Below are positions 1 to 10,444 of a stretch of DNA of 64,000 nucleotides, in pieces. Position 1 is the stretch's first letter; the number at the start of each line of letters is the position of its first letter. The position numbers and the translations under genes are program-made. The stretch is from Prochlorococcus sp. AG-676-M04 (GTDB taxonomy: Bacteria > Cyanobacteriota > Cyanobacteriia > PCC-6307 > Cyanobiaceae): assembly GCA_003210895.1 (NCBI GenBank), contig QCUB01000001.1, forward strand, positions 14,163-78,162. Reading direction: 5' to 3'. The notes under the pieces were generated by a model that was not told where the DNA came from, ran no database searches, and saw only the letters and a program-made list of their open reading frames with translations.

Positions 1-250
1 AGAAGAAGCTCTAGATGCCAGAGGTATAGCAAATTTTGGATATAGCAATTTGAGTAAGACCAAATCATTCAATTCACAAAATTATACCGCGAATAAACCC
101 ATTAAAACTATCTCAGATTCAGAGGATGAGTTTGTTGATGATAATGGATATACAATCTCCTCCCAAAAAGTATTAGATAGATCTTTATCAACCGAAGATA
201 TTGAACTAGCAAATAAAATTAATATCTTAAAAGAATCAGGTTTAATTTAA
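1..250 (+). CDS. 3' end of a hypothetical protein starting before the window
   Basis: Frame is open from position 2 (EEALDARGIANFGYSNLSKT...) to the TAA ending at 250, so the TTG at 50 is probably internal. Confidence 0.65.
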   Translation, partial: EEALDARGIANFGYSNLSKTKSFNSQNYTANKPIKTISDSEDEFVDDNGYTISSQKVLDRSLSTEDIELANKINILKESGLI

Positions 251-395
251 ATAAAAATCAATTATTTTTATTTACTATTAGAAATTAATGCATAATATCT
301 AATCTATTATTATTGTGTATTCATAATTATATTTTTTATAGAATAATTTGAATATTATGACATTTTCTAATATAAAAAATCTTTATCAATAAAAT

Positions 396-1712
396 ATGAA
401 AGATATAAAATGTCCATCATGCGGGAAAACTTTTAGAATAGATCCAAGCAGTTTTGAAGAAATACTCCTTCAAATTAAAGACGAGGAATTCAACAAGCAA
501 ATTGAGGAAAGGCTTCAACTAGCGGAGGAAGATAAGAAGAAAGGTATAGAAATTGCCAAACAAGAATTAAAAATACAGTTAATGGAAGATAGACAAAAAA
601 AAGATGCCAAAATTCAAGAACTTGAATCTAAGTTGAATATCGCTGAAGAAAAGCAATCTAATGCATTAAATGAACTAAAGAACAAAGCATCTAACAAAAT
701 AAATTTACTAAATAATGAAGTAAATAAATTAAATGAGGATATTAAAAGGCAATCTATAATAAGTGATTTATCTTTAAAAAATAAAGTTAATGAAGCTGTA
801 AATAATTTAGAGAAAGATAAAACTTCATTAATAAACTCTATTGAAAAAATGAAATTAGAACAATCTATAAATCAAAAAGTAATTGAAGAAAAATTTAAGA
901 ACCAAATAAATGAGAGAGATTTGACTATTCAAGAACTAAGAGATATGAAATCTAAACTTTCTACGAAGATGGTAGGGGAAACATTAGAAATACATTGTGA
1001 AAATCAATTTAATCTAAATCGAGCAACCTCGTTTAAAAACTCATATTTTGAAAAAGATAATGATGCCAGCTCAGGAAGCAAAGGAGATTATATTTTCAGA
1101 GAGCTTGATAATAATAAAATTGAGATCGTCTCCATTATGTTTGAAATGAAAAACGAAAGTGAAGGCGGATATAATAAACGTAAGAATGAAGACTTCTTTA
1201 AGGAATTAGATAAAGATAGAACTCAGAAATCTTGCGAATATGCAGTATTGGTTTCATTATTAGAACCAGAAAGCGAATTATATAATTCTGGGATCGTTGA
1301 TGTTTCTTATAAATATCCAAAGATGTTTGTAATAAGGCCACAATTCTTCCTAGCTATTATTTCTCTTCTTAGAAATGCCTCATATGAAACTTTAAAATAT
1401 AAGACACAAATAGATTTAATGAAAAGAGAAAATTATGACATAACAAATTTTGAAAGTACTCTTGATCAATTCAAGAATGCAGTAGGTAAAAACGTTTCAT
1501 TAGCACAGGACAGATTTAATGATGCAATTACAGAAATAGATAAATCAATAAGTCATTTGCAAAAAACAAAAGAGGCATTGCTAATATCTAAAAAACATCT
1601 TTTATCAGCTGATAGTAAATCACAAGATTTAACGGTTAAAAAGTTGACAAAAAATAATCCCACTATGCAGAAGAAATTTAATAATTTAAAGAATGAAGAA
1701 GACTTAAAATAA
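396..1712 (+). CDS. DUF2130-domain coiled-coil protein
   Basis: N-terminal CPSC, long coiled coil, then STKMVGETLEIHCE...KGDYIFRE...IMFEMKNE, typical of DUF2130. Confidence 0.85.
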   Translation: MKDIKCPSCGKTFRIDPSSFEEILLQIKDEEFNKQIEERLQLAEEDKKKGIEIAKQELKIQLMEDRQKKDAKIQELESKLNIAEEKQSNALNELKNKASNKINLLNNEVNKLNEDIKRQSIISDLSLKNKVNEAVNNLEKDKTSLINSIEKMKLEQSINQKVIEEKFKNQINERDLTIQELRDMKSKLSTKMVGETLEIHCENQFNLNRATSFKNSYFEKDNDASSGSKGDYIFRELDNNKIEIVSIMFEMKNESEGGYNKRKNEDFFKELDKDRTQKSCEYAVLVSLLEPESELYNSGIVDVSYKYPKMFVIRPQFFLAIISLLRNASYETLKYKTQIDLMKRENYDITNFESTLDQFKNAVGKNVSLAQDRFNDAITEIDKSISHLQKTKEALLISKKHLLSADSKSQDLTVKKLTKNNPTMQKKFNNLKNEEDLK

Positions 1713-1796
1713 ATTATTTCAACTAAAGAAAGTTCATAAAGATTTCATATTTAATAATTTACTGAATAATAGAGATATAATGTTTTTAATGATTTT

Positions 1797-2096
1797 ATGA
1801 AAAAAATAATGGCTTCTAACACCCCTATTTATAGTATTGCGAAGCAACTTGATACTGATAGTAATAGGATTATTTCAGCTTGCAAAACACTTGGTATTAA
1901 TGCTAAAGGGGCAACAAAACGCCTAAATCAAGAAGAGTTAGAAAAAGTAAAAAATTACTTCGCAACAGGTAAAAACGTTTCTGAAGAAATAGTTGAAATT
2001 AACAAAAAAAACGTCTCAACAAAGAGTAACACCTCAAAATTAAAAAGAGAAACAAATATAAGTTATTTCCCAAATAGACTTATTGCCAAATCTTAA
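1797..2096 (+). CDS. IF-2 N-terminal-domain-like small protein
   Basis: IYSIAKQLDTDSNRIISACKTLGINAK resembles the IF2_N repeat. Confidence 0.6.
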   Translation: MKKIMASNTPIYSIAKQLDTDSNRIISACKTLGINAKGATKRLNQEELEKVKNYFATGKNVSEEIVEINKKNVSTKSNTSKLKRETNISYFPNRLIAKS

Positions 2097-2180
2097 ATAA
2101 AACAAATTTTTTCTTTTTTTAAAGTATAAAAAACCACAGAAGAAATAACGAATAAATTATTATAAGTAAAAATACTTAAA

Positions 2181-2594
2181 ATGAAAATCACTGAGGCCTT
2201 AAAATCTCTTGAAAATTCTTGGTCAAGAGATGATGTTCTAATTAAAATTAAAAATGGGGAAGATTCTGAAAAAATAGTAAATGACTTTTGCTCCTCAAAA
2301 CAACAAGAAATTGAAACTCTAACTAATTTTATTAATCCAGCTGATAAAGTTCTATTAACTGAAATAGAAGATTTATCAAATATAGAGTCAAAACTAATAA
2401 ATAAAATTAAAAATTACAGTTTAGATGAAGCCCAGTTATCAAACTATAAACAAGATCAAAAAAAGATTTCACAATCTGAACAAAATGAATCATTTGATTT
2501 AGGGGTTTTCATGATGAAATGGAGTAATAAATTTGTTTTTATTTCTCTTTTAACTATTTCAGCAATAGCTTTAACTAAACAAGCGTGGGCATAA
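2181..2594 (+). CDS. hypothetical protein with C-terminal membrane anchor
   Basis: 137-aa ORF with hydrophobic C-terminus. Confidence 0.65.
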   Translation: MKITEALKSLENSWSRDDVLIKIKNGEDSEKIVNDFCSSKQQEIETLTNFINPADKVLLTEIEDLSNIESKLINKIKNYSLDEAQLSNYKQDQKKISQSEQNESFDLGVFMMKWSNKFVFISLLTISAIALTKQAWA

Positions 2595-2630
2595 TTCGCT
2601 AAATTAACACCATTGAAATAAATTAAATTC

Positions 2631-3623
2631 TTGAAAGAGGATAGTTCTTATTTAATTAAATACACAAGTAGTGGTCTTTATTGTGAACTAGCAGATGCTT
2701 GGATAGATCCAATTAAACCAGTAAAAAGAGCACTAATTACTCATGCTCATATGGATCATTTCACCTTTGGATGCGATGAATATATATCAACCTATGAAAC
2801 TGCTGTAATTATAAAAGAAAGAATAGGAAAAGAAATTAATATTAAAACTTACGATTATGAAAAAGAATTTAAAATTAACGGTATCAAAATTTCCTTTCAT
2901 CCATCAGGTCATATTCTCGGGTCAAGTCAAATCAAATTTATTCTCGCTGAAGAGATATGGTTAATCACTGGTGATTTTAAACGTCAAAAAGATGAAACTT
3001 GCAAAGAATATGAAATAGTAAAAACTGATTATTTGATAAGTGAATCAACTTTTGGCTTGCCAATTTTCAGGTGGGATGAACCTCAAAAGACGGCAACTGA
3101 TATTTCAAAATGGGTGAACTCATCCAAAGAAAAAACATCTATCTTATTTTGCTATTCGCTTGGAAAAGCACAAAGAATATTGAATGAAATTAGCAAAACA
3201 AATTTTATAAATGATATTTATACACACAGCAGTATTTATAGGATGAATAACTGTTATAAAAAATTAGGAATTGATATTATTAAAACAAAGAAATTAGAAC
3301 AAACTAAAAATAATTCGGATCTTAATGGAAGTTTAATAATACTTCCACCCGCTTTAAATAAAAGTTCTTCTTTAAAAAATTTCAAAGATATTCAAACTGG
3401 ATTTGCAAGTGGATGGATGTCAATTAGAGCACTTAGAAAAAGGTCAGGATATGATAAAGGTTTTTCTATCTCAGACCATGCTGATTGGAAAGATATTTTA
3501 AGGACAATAAAAGAATCTAAAGCTAAAAATGTTTTTTTTCATCATGGAGATAATGAAGCTTTAAATAAATATTTAAAAGAAAAAAGTTCAATAAATGTTC
3601 TTGAATTTGAATATAAAAAATGA
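2631..3623 (+). CDS. ligase-associated DNA damage response exonuclease (MBL/beta-CASP)
   Basis: ITHAHMDH, GHILGS, ESTFG, SDHAD motifs; overlaps the ligase start. Confidence 0.9.
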   Translation: MKEDSSYLIKYTSSGLYCELADAWIDPIKPVKRALITHAHMDHFTFGCDEYISTYETAVIIKERIGKEINIKTYDYEKEFKINGIKISFHPSGHILGSSQIKFILAEEIWLITGDFKRQKDETCKEYEIVKTDYLISESTFGLPIFRWDEPQKTATDISKWVNSSKEKTSILFCYSLGKAQRILNEISKTNFINDIYTHSSIYRMNNCYKKLGIDIIKTKKLEQTKNNSDLNGSLIILPPALNKSSSLKNFKDIQTGFASGWMSIRALRKRSGYDKGFSISDHADWKDILRTIKESKAKNVFFHHGDNEALNKYLKEKSSINVLEFEYKK

Positions 3624-5257
3624 GCCTAAAAAAGTTTTCAGAATTATTTATAGATTTAGATTCTTGTAATAGCACAAATAAAAAGATTGGAATTTTGCAG
3701 AACTATTTTTCTTCAAATGAGGCTTTAGAAAACTCATGGACAATATATTTACTTACTGGAAAAAACAATAAGCGATTTATAAGTGGAAGATCCCTTAAAA
3801 CTTTATTTTCAGAAATTTATGAATACCCTTTGTGGTTAATTGATTCTTGTTATTTAAAAGTTGGAGATTCTGCAGAAGTTATATCCCTATTATTAAGGAA
3901 TATGATCACTGGAGAAAATATAAAATATCAAGATGTTTCTTTGGATGAATTATTAAACAAATCTTTTCCAAAGTTATCCATTCTTAAAGAAGATGATAAG
4001 AAGTTAAGAGTAAAAGAAATTTGGGAAAACATTCCAATAGAAAATCTTCTAGTTTTAAATAAAATCTTAACTGGTACTTTTAGAGTTGGAGTCTCTATAG
4101 GCTTGATAACAAAATCAATAGCCAAGCTAATTAATCTAGATGAAGCAATAATTTCTCATAGATTAATGGGCGATTTTATTCCCTCTGAAGAATCATATAA
4201 ATTATTAATAGATAAAAATATAAATCCTTCAGAATTAAATTACAAACCTTACCCCTTTCTTCTGGCTAATACTTTTGAAAAGAAAATTATAGATAAATCA
4301 ATTAACGATTTTCAGTTTGAATGGAAATGGGATGGAATCAGAATTCAATTAATAAAAAGGTCAGGTAAAGTTTCAATATGGACAAGAGGTCAGGATTTAA
4401 TAAATAAATCTTTTCCTGAATTAGTAGAAGAAATCTCATCTATCAAAGATGACTTTGTAATAGATGGTGAATTATTGGTCTGGGATTTTAAGCAAAATCT
4501 TCCTCTTAATTTCTCTTTACTTCAAAAAAGAATAAATAGAAAGGCACCCTCAAGATCAATTCAAAAAAGTTTACCTATTATTTGTATTGCCTATGATCTT
4601 TTAGAAATAAATGGAGAAGATCAAAGAGACTCAAATTTAGAAATTAGAAGAAATAATTTAGAAAAAAATTTATATAGTTGGTTAAATGAAAGTAAAGAAG
4701 AATTATCTAATATTTTTAAAATAAGTGATTTAATATATCCAAGAAATTGGGAAGAGGTAGAAACTTTTAAAAACAATTCTAGAGATAATGGAACAGAGGG
4801 ATTAGTTATTAAAAATAAAAAATCAATCTACACTCCAGGCAGGAAGAAAGGTATTTGGTGGAAATATAAAGTTGATCCAATGCAACTTGATGCAGTCCTC
4901 ATTTATGCCAAAGGCGGGAGTGGGATAAGAGCAGGATTATATACTGACTATAGTTTTGCTCTTTGGAAAGATGGAGAATTAATCAAATTTGCTAGTGCCT
5001 ATTCTGGATTAAACAATACTGAAATTAAAGAATTAGATAGATGGATTAGACAAAATACTATTGATAGATTTGGGCCTGTTAGATCAGTAAGACCAGAAAT
5101 GGTCTTCGAAATTTCCTTCGAAAATATTCAAATTTCAAAACGTCATAAATCAGGAATTGCTGTAAGATTTCCAAGAATAACTAAATGGAGGAAAGATAAA
5201 CTGATTAAAGATGCTGATACCTTAGAAAACGCTCAGAAATTAATGTTAAATAAATAA
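3620..5257 (+). CDS. ATP-dependent DNA ligase
   Basis: Motif I EWKWDGIR, DGEL, YDLL, EGLVIK, WWKYK, C-terminal OB-fold VRFPRI. Confidence 0.95.
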   Translation: MSLKKFSELFIDLDSCNSTNKKIGILQNYFSSNEALENSWTIYLLTGKNNKRFISGRSLKTLFSEIYEYPLWLIDSCYLKVGDSAEVISLLLRNMITGENIKYQDVSLDELLNKSFPKLSILKEDDKKLRVKEIWENIPIENLLVLNKILTGTFRVGVSIGLITKSIAKLINLDEAIISHRLMGDFIPSEESYKLLIDKNINPSELNYKPYPFLLANTFEKKIIDKSINDFQFEWKWDGIRIQLIKRSGKVSIWTRGQDLINKSFPELVEEISSIKDDFVIDGELLVWDFKQNLPLNFSLLQKRINRKAPSRSIQKSLPIICIAYDLLEINGEDQRDSNLEIRRNNLEKNLYSWLNESKEELSNIFKISDLIYPRNWEEVETFKNNSRDNGTEGLVIKNKKSIYTPGRKKGIWWKYKVDPMQLDAVLIYAKGGSGIRAGLYTDYSFALWKDGELIKFASAYSGLNNTEIKELDRWIRQNTIDRFGPVRSVRPEMVFEISFENIQISKRHKSGIAVRFPRITKWRKDKLIKDADTLENAQKLMLNK

Positions 5258-7734
5258 TGAAAAGCTTTATAAATAAAAATGAAATTAAGAATATAGAAAA
5301 ATTTTTTTATAAAAATGGTTGGGAACCTCTGCCATATCAAATTGAATCATGGAAAGCATATTTGAATGGAGAAAATGGAATCATTCAGGTTCCCACAGGA
5401 TGCGGTAAAACTTATGCAGCTTTAATGGGTCCTCTTTCGAAATTAAAAGATTCCAAAAGACAAACTGGAGTAAACATTTTACTAATAACTCCATTAAAAG
5501 CATTAAGTAGAGATTTAAAAAATGCAGTATATTTAGCCGCTCAATTTTTTAATCAAGAAATAACAGTTGGAATCCGAAATGGTGATACAAGCCCATATGA
5601 AAAGAAGAAGCAAATACTTAAACCTCCAAATATTCTAATAACGACTCCAGAATCACTTTCTCTCCTCTTATCTAATAAAGAATCTAACAGATTATTTAGT
5701 AATATATTTTCAATAATTATTGATGAGTGGCACGAGTTAATGGGTAGTAAAAGAGGTAATCAATGTGAATTATCACTAAGTTGGCTGAGAGGAAATAAAA
5801 AAGATTTACAAATTTGGGGGATGTCTGCCACTATCGGTAATATTACAGAAGCAGCAAGAGCTATTGTTGGAATAAAAGGGGAACTCCCAACAGTAATAAG
5901 CACTAATATTCAAAAAGAAATAGAAATTCTTAGTGTTTTGCCTGAAGAAGAAACAACCTTTCCATGGAGTGGACATTTAGGTATTAGGAGTTATTCTTTA
6001 CTTCTCAAAGTATTAGATAAAAACAAAAGTACACTACTATTCACTAACACTAGGAATCAGTCTGAGAGATGGTATCAATGCTTAAGATTCTGTCTACCAG
6101 AAATGGAAGATAAGATTTCTTTGCATCATGGGTCATTGGATAAAGATGATAGAAAGATAGTTGAGGATGGGGTTAAAAACGGATCTATAAAATGGGTTGT
6201 TTGTACAAGCTCATTAGATTTAGGGATTGACTTTCAACCTGTTGATCAAATTGTACAAATAGGAAGTGCTAAGAACTTAGCTCGACTTATTCAAAGAGCA
6301 GGGAGAAGTGCTCATAGACCTGGAGGAAAGTCAAAAATAATTTTTATGCCCACTAACTCATTAGAATTACTCGAAATTAGTGCCATGAGGAGAATAATAA
6401 AAAGTGGATTATCTGAAAATATTAAGCTTCCTGAATTATCTTTTGATGTCCTTCTTCAGCATCTAGTTAGTTTAGCTTGTGGGCCAGGTTTTAATCCCAT
6501 TACTGAGAAAGAAAGAATTAAAGATTGCTGGAGTTACAGAAATCTTAATGACAAGGATTGGGATTGGTGTATTGATTTTTTGGAGTATGGAGGAAAGTGT
6601 TTGAAAGCTTATCCAAAATATAAAAAGATAGAAAGAGAAAAAATAAAAGGAGACGAAAAAAACTTCAAATATTTTGTAAAAGATAAATCTTTAATAAGGA
6701 TGCATAAGTTTAATATTGGAACGATAACAAGCGATAAATTTATAAATGTAAAATATTTAAAGGGGAAATCATTAGGCAATTTAGAAGAAAACTTTGCTAG
6801 TAAATTAAAAGCAGGTGATACTTTTTACTTCGCGGGCAAAATGCTCCAGTTTATAAAAATTAGAGATATGACTTTATACGTAAAAAAATCTTCCAAAAAA
6901 AGTTCCTTAATTCCAGCATGGGTGGGAGGACAAATGGCTATCTCTGATCTTTTGAGTGATAAATTAAGAAGTGAAATAGATATTTGCAACAACTTAGAAA
7001 ATGATGATCAATATCTTAATAATGAATTAAATTCACTACTTCCAATTTTAAAAAAACAGAAAGATCTTTCAGATATTCCACAAAGGAATCAACTTCTTAT
7101 TGAAATCTATAAAGCTAAAGAATTAACAAGTTTTTTTGTTTTTACGCTTGATGGAAAATTTGTTAATGAAGGAATTGCCTTTCTTTGGGCATTAAGATTT
7201 GCCAATAAAAAGGAATCTACATTCAGTATTTCTGCAAATGATTTTGGATTTAGCTTAACTACTGCAGAAAATTATGACTTTTCAATTATTGAAAAAGAAT
7301 TTTCATATTTTATAGAAAATAAAAATTTGGAAGAAGATTTAGAAAATGCTATAAATTTTTCAGAATTAACAAAAAGAAGATTTAAAAACATTGCTCAAAT
7401 TAGTGGATTAGTGAACCAAAATAATCCCACCAAAACAAAAAGTTCATCTCAACTACAAATAAGTTCCAGTCTTTTTTATGATGTTTTTACTAGATATGAA
7501 GAAGATCATCTACTTATAAAACAGGCACATGAAGAAGTAAAAGAGTACCAGTTAGAAAATAAACGAATTACTAATTCTCTAGAAAGGTTATCTAATTTAG
7601 AAGTGATATTAAACGAGACTAAAACTCCAAGTCCATTTGCTTTTCCTTTACTAGTTGAAAGACTTAAAAACACATTAAGTAATGAATCTATAGAAAAAAG
7701 AGTTGAAAAACTTTTAAAAAAATATAATAGTTAA
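5257..7734 (+). CDS. Lhr-like ligase-associated DEXH helicase
   Basis: PTGCGKT, DEWHE, SAT, HHGSL, QRAGRS motifs. Confidence 0.93.
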   Translation: MKSFINKNEIKNIEKFFYKNGWEPLPYQIESWKAYLNGENGIIQVPTGCGKTYAALMGPLSKLKDSKRQTGVNILLITPLKALSRDLKNAVYLAAQFFNQEITVGIRNGDTSPYEKKKQILKPPNILITTPESLSLLLSNKESNRLFSNIFSIIIDEWHELMGSKRGNQCELSLSWLRGNKKDLQIWGMSATIGNITEAARAIVGIKGELPTVISTNIQKEIEILSVLPEEETTFPWSGHLGIRSYSLLLKVLDKNKSTLLFTNTRNQSERWYQCLRFCLPEMEDKISLHHGSLDKDDRKIVEDGVKNGSIKWVVCTSSLDLGIDFQPVDQIVQIGSAKNLARLIQRAGRSAHRPGGKSKIIFMPTNSLELLEISAMRRIIKSGLSENIKLPELSFDVLLQHLVSLACGPGFNPITEKERIKDCWSYRNLNDKDWDWCIDFLEYGGKCLKAYPKYKKIEREKIKGDEKNFKYFVKDKSLIRMHKFNIGTITSDKFINVKYLKGKSLGNLEENFASKLKAGDTFYFAGKMLQFIKIRDMTLYVKKSSKKSSLIPAWVGGQMAISDLLSDKLRSEIDICNNLENDDQYLNNELNSLLPILKKQKDLSDIPQRNQLLIEIYKAKELTSFFVFTLDGKFVNEGIAFLWALRFANKKESTFSISANDFGFSLTTAENYDFSIIEKEFSYFIENKNLEEDLENAINFSELTKRRFKNIAQISGLVNQNNPTKTKSSSQLQISSSLFYDVFTRYEEDHLLIKQAHEEVKEYQLENKRITNSLERLSNLEVILNETKTPSPFAFPLLVERLKNTLSNESIEKRVEKLLKKYNS

Positions 7735-8379
7735 ATGCAAAAAAAGTCTTTTTCAATAAGTTGGGGGGATTCGTCATTAGAAATGCTCCCTTCAAAAGCA
7801 TTACTTTTGCATCAAACAAATGAAATATTAATATGCGACATTCATCTCGGTAAAGCAGAATATTTTCAACAGAATGGGATTCCTCTTACAAATAATTCAG
7901 ATGAACAAAATTTATTAAGCATAAAAAAAATTGTAGAAAACTATAAGCCTGATAAATTAATTATTTTAGGAGATTTATTTCATAGTAAATATTCAATAAG
8001 TGAATCTTTAAAAAGTAAAGTTGAAAATCTTTCAGAGTCATTAAATATTAAAATTGAACTAATAGTTGGCAATCATGATATCGGTTGCAAAGTCAAAAAT
8101 ATAAGCTTTCTTGAATATAAAAGATCAAGTAATTTTATATTTAGTCACGAGCCAATAGGAAAAGTTGAAAATAACATTTTAAATATTTGCGGACACTATC
8201 ATCCAAAAATATCTTTAAAAAATTCAAAGGATAAATTATCCTTTAAATGTTTTGCCATGGATGAAAAAAATAACACATTATACCTTCCAGCATTTGGGGA
8301 CCTAACGGGGGGTTATCCCTGTAAGAATTCATTTAGAAAATGGGTAATTATTTCTGAAAAAGAAATTATTGAAATATAA
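7735..8379 (+). CDS. ligase-associated metallophosphoesterase/endonuclease PdeM
   Basis: DIHLGK, GDLFH, GNHD, GHYHP, LPAFG motifs; abuts the helicase. Confidence 0.9.
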   Translation: MQKKSFSISWGDSSLEMLPSKALLLHQTNEILICDIHLGKAEYFQQNGIPLTNNSDEQNLLSIKKIVENYKPDKLIILGDLFHSKYSISESLKSKVENLSESLNIKIELIVGNHDIGCKVKNISFLEYKRSSNFIFSHEPIGKVENNILNICGHYHPKISLKNSKDKLSFKCFAMDEKNNTLYLPAFGDLTGGYPCKNSFRKWVIISEKEIIEI

Positions 8380-8598
8380 AATTCGAGAAAACCATCAATA
8401 ATAATAATTAAATTTTTCATTTAAACATACTAATTTATACACATTAATCTCATTTTTACTTTTCATTTAGTAGCTTAAATTTGCAATTTTTAAATAATAA
8501 ATGATAGAAATAAGTACTTATGAAAAGAATATAAAATTATCGTCCCTTTCCTTAAGTTGATAATTACGTTATAAAAAAAATAGACTTAACATTTAAGA

Positions 8599-8907
8599 AT
8601 GAAAAAATTATTAGCTATTATTATATTTCAAGTTCTGTTAATTCCTTTTGGGCTTAATGCTAATGAAAACTTTTCTGTAGAAATAGAAGCCCTTACACTT
8701 GTGATGGAGCAATATGAAAAAGATATTGATCTTAAACCTAAAACTGATATAGAACTAAATAAGAAAAAGCCTAGCTATATGGCTTTTAAACAAGATGAAT
8801 GCAATGCTACTGTTAAAGTCACTGAAAAAACAGGTCTAGACATAGTTGGCACTGAATCATTCGATGTAAATGTTTGTAAGAAGGAAATCTATAAGATTAT
8901 AAATTAA
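8599..8907 (+). CDS. secreted hypothetical protein
   Basis: Signal-peptide-like N-terminus, two Cys. Confidence 0.7.
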   Translation: MKKLLAIIIFQVLLIPFGLNANENFSVEIEALTLVMEQYEKDIDLKPKTDIELNKKKPSYMAFKQDECNATVKVTEKTGLDIVGTESFDVNVCKKEIYKIIN

Positions 8908-8947
8908 TTTCTAAATAATTAGTAAAAAGATATTTTAAAAATTTTAA

Positions 8948-9038
8948 CGAAAAGAGGTCTTTTACTTATAGAAGGTAAGACCTCGAGACCTGACAGAAAC
9001 TTTGGAACGGGTTCTGCTTAATTAATTAATAACGAATT
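8948..9038 (-). ncRNA. candidate small RNA of about 90 nt
   Basis: TACAAT -10 at 9043-9048 (minus strand), hairpin GCAGAAC-CCGTTCCAAA-GTTTCTG, terminator GAGGTCTT...AAGACCTC-TTTT; no ORF. Confidence 0.55.
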
Positions 9039-9044
9039 TAATAT

Positions 9045-9068
9045 TGTACAGATGTAATAAAAAGTACA
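9045..9068. promoter_or_regulatory. NtcA-like box overlapping a LexA-like box
   Basis: TGTA-ATAAAAAG-TACA at 9053-9068; TGTACAGATGTAAT at 9045-9058. Confidence 0.5.
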
Positions 9069-9092
9069 ATATAAATATTTTTTTTCGATCCC

Positions 9093-9242
9093 CTATTTAC
9101 TTTTTTTTGATACTTTTTGCATTTCTTCTCTAGACATTAGAGCTTCTATTTGAGCGAGAACTTTATGAAGTTCTTCTGTCTTTGTTAGAGAGGCTTCTGC
9201 GACTTCTCTTAGTTTTTCCAATTGTTCACGAGTTTTATTCAT
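9093..9242 (-). CDS. 49-aa coiled-coil hypothetical protein
   Basis: Manual translation MNKTREQLEKLREVAEASLTKTEELHKVLAQIEALMSREEMQKVSKKSK. Confidence 0.65.
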   Translation of the reverse strand: MNKTREQLEKLREVAEASLTKTEELHKVLAQIEALMSREEMQKVSKKSK

Positions 9243-9437
9243 AATTAATTAGTTAGAAATACACCAATTGAAATGATGGTTTTAAAACAAATTTTCACTC
9301 ACACATAAACCTATCTTCACTCTGTTTTTTATAAAGTCAAATAAATCTCCATCAACTGATGTTTTATGAGGACTTGCAATTAAATTTCCTTTTTTCATAA
9401 TCACAATTAGATCATACCTTTAAAAAAGTATTCAGAA

Positions 9438-9527
9438 TTATGATGTGAATACTGGTAAGCCTATAGTAGCTGTTGTTATTAACGCACCTGCAAATATTAA
9501 AAAAGGAAGGTAAGGAAAGTTTTTCAA
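9438..9527 (-). CDS. 29-aa single-TM peptide (TTG start)
   Basis: MKNFPYLPFLIFAGALITTATIGLPVFTS. Confidence 0.4.
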   Translation of the reverse strand: MKNFPYLPFLIFAGALITTATIGLPVFTS

Positions 9528-9633
9528 ATTAAGCTTTGTAATTTAGAAATACTATATAGGTATTTATACTGTTTGTCTAGTCCTAATTCTCTCAAATAGT
9601 TTAAATTTGTCTTTTATAGCTAAGAAATAAAAG

Positions 9634-10443
9634 TTATCCAAATTTCCCTGAGATATATTCTTGAGTTATTTTTTCCTTAGGAGAGCTAAAAATTTTCTTT
9701 GTAGAATTGAATTCTGCAAGATATCCAACCTTACCTCCATCGCCTTCTTCATATTCAATTGCATTAAAGAAAGCAGTCATATCACTAACTCTTAGAGCCT
9801 GCTGCATATTGTGAGTAACTATTATAATTGTGTAATTCTTCTTTAGTTCATGCATTGTTTCTTCTATTTTTAAAGTTGAAATAGGATCTAATGCTGAACA
9901 AGGTTCGTCCATGAGAATTATTTCAGGTTCAATTGCTATTGTTCTTGCTATACATAGTCTTTGTTGTTGCCCTCCGGATAAGGAATAACCACTATCATTT
10001 AATTTATCCTTACATTCACTCCATAAAGCAGCCTTTTTAAGCGCTAGTTCCACTAAATCATCCATATCTCCTGTAAAGCCATTGATTCTTGCTCCAAATG
10101 CAATATTCTCGTAAATAGATTTAGGAAAAGGATTAGGTTGCTGAAAAACCATCCCGATTCTTCTTCTAACTTCTACAGGATCCACTCTTTTATCATAAAT
10201 ATTCGTCCCATCAAAAAGAACCGTACCTTTTAAAGAACAATTAGGAATCAGATCATTCATCCTATTTAAAGATCTTAAAACAGTCGATTTACCGCAACCA
10301 GAAGGTCCAATCAGAGAAGTTATATCTCCTTTCTTAAAATTACAAAAAATATTTTTTACAGCTTCAAATTTTCCATAACTAATAGAAACATCCTCAAGAG
10401 ATAAAATATTATTCTTTTGTGCCTTTTTAGTATTTTTAATCAT
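9634..10443 (-). CDS. pstB: phosphate ABC transporter ATPase
   Basis: [31 protein letters not shown]. Confidence 0.97.
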   Translation of the reverse strand: MIKNTKKAQKNNILSLEDVSISYGKFEAVKNIFCNFKKGDITSLIGPSGCGKSTVLRSLNRMNDLIPNCSLKGTVLFDGTNIYDKRVDPVEVRRRIGMVFQQPNPFPKSIYENIAFGARINGFTGDMDDLVELALKKAALWSECKDKLNDSGYSLSGGQQQRLCIARTIAIEPEIILMDEPCSALDPISTLKIEETMHELKKNYTIIIVTHNMQQALRVSDMTAFFNAIEYEEGDGGKVGYLAEFNSTKKIFSSPKEKITQEYISGKFG

Positions 10444-10444
10444 T

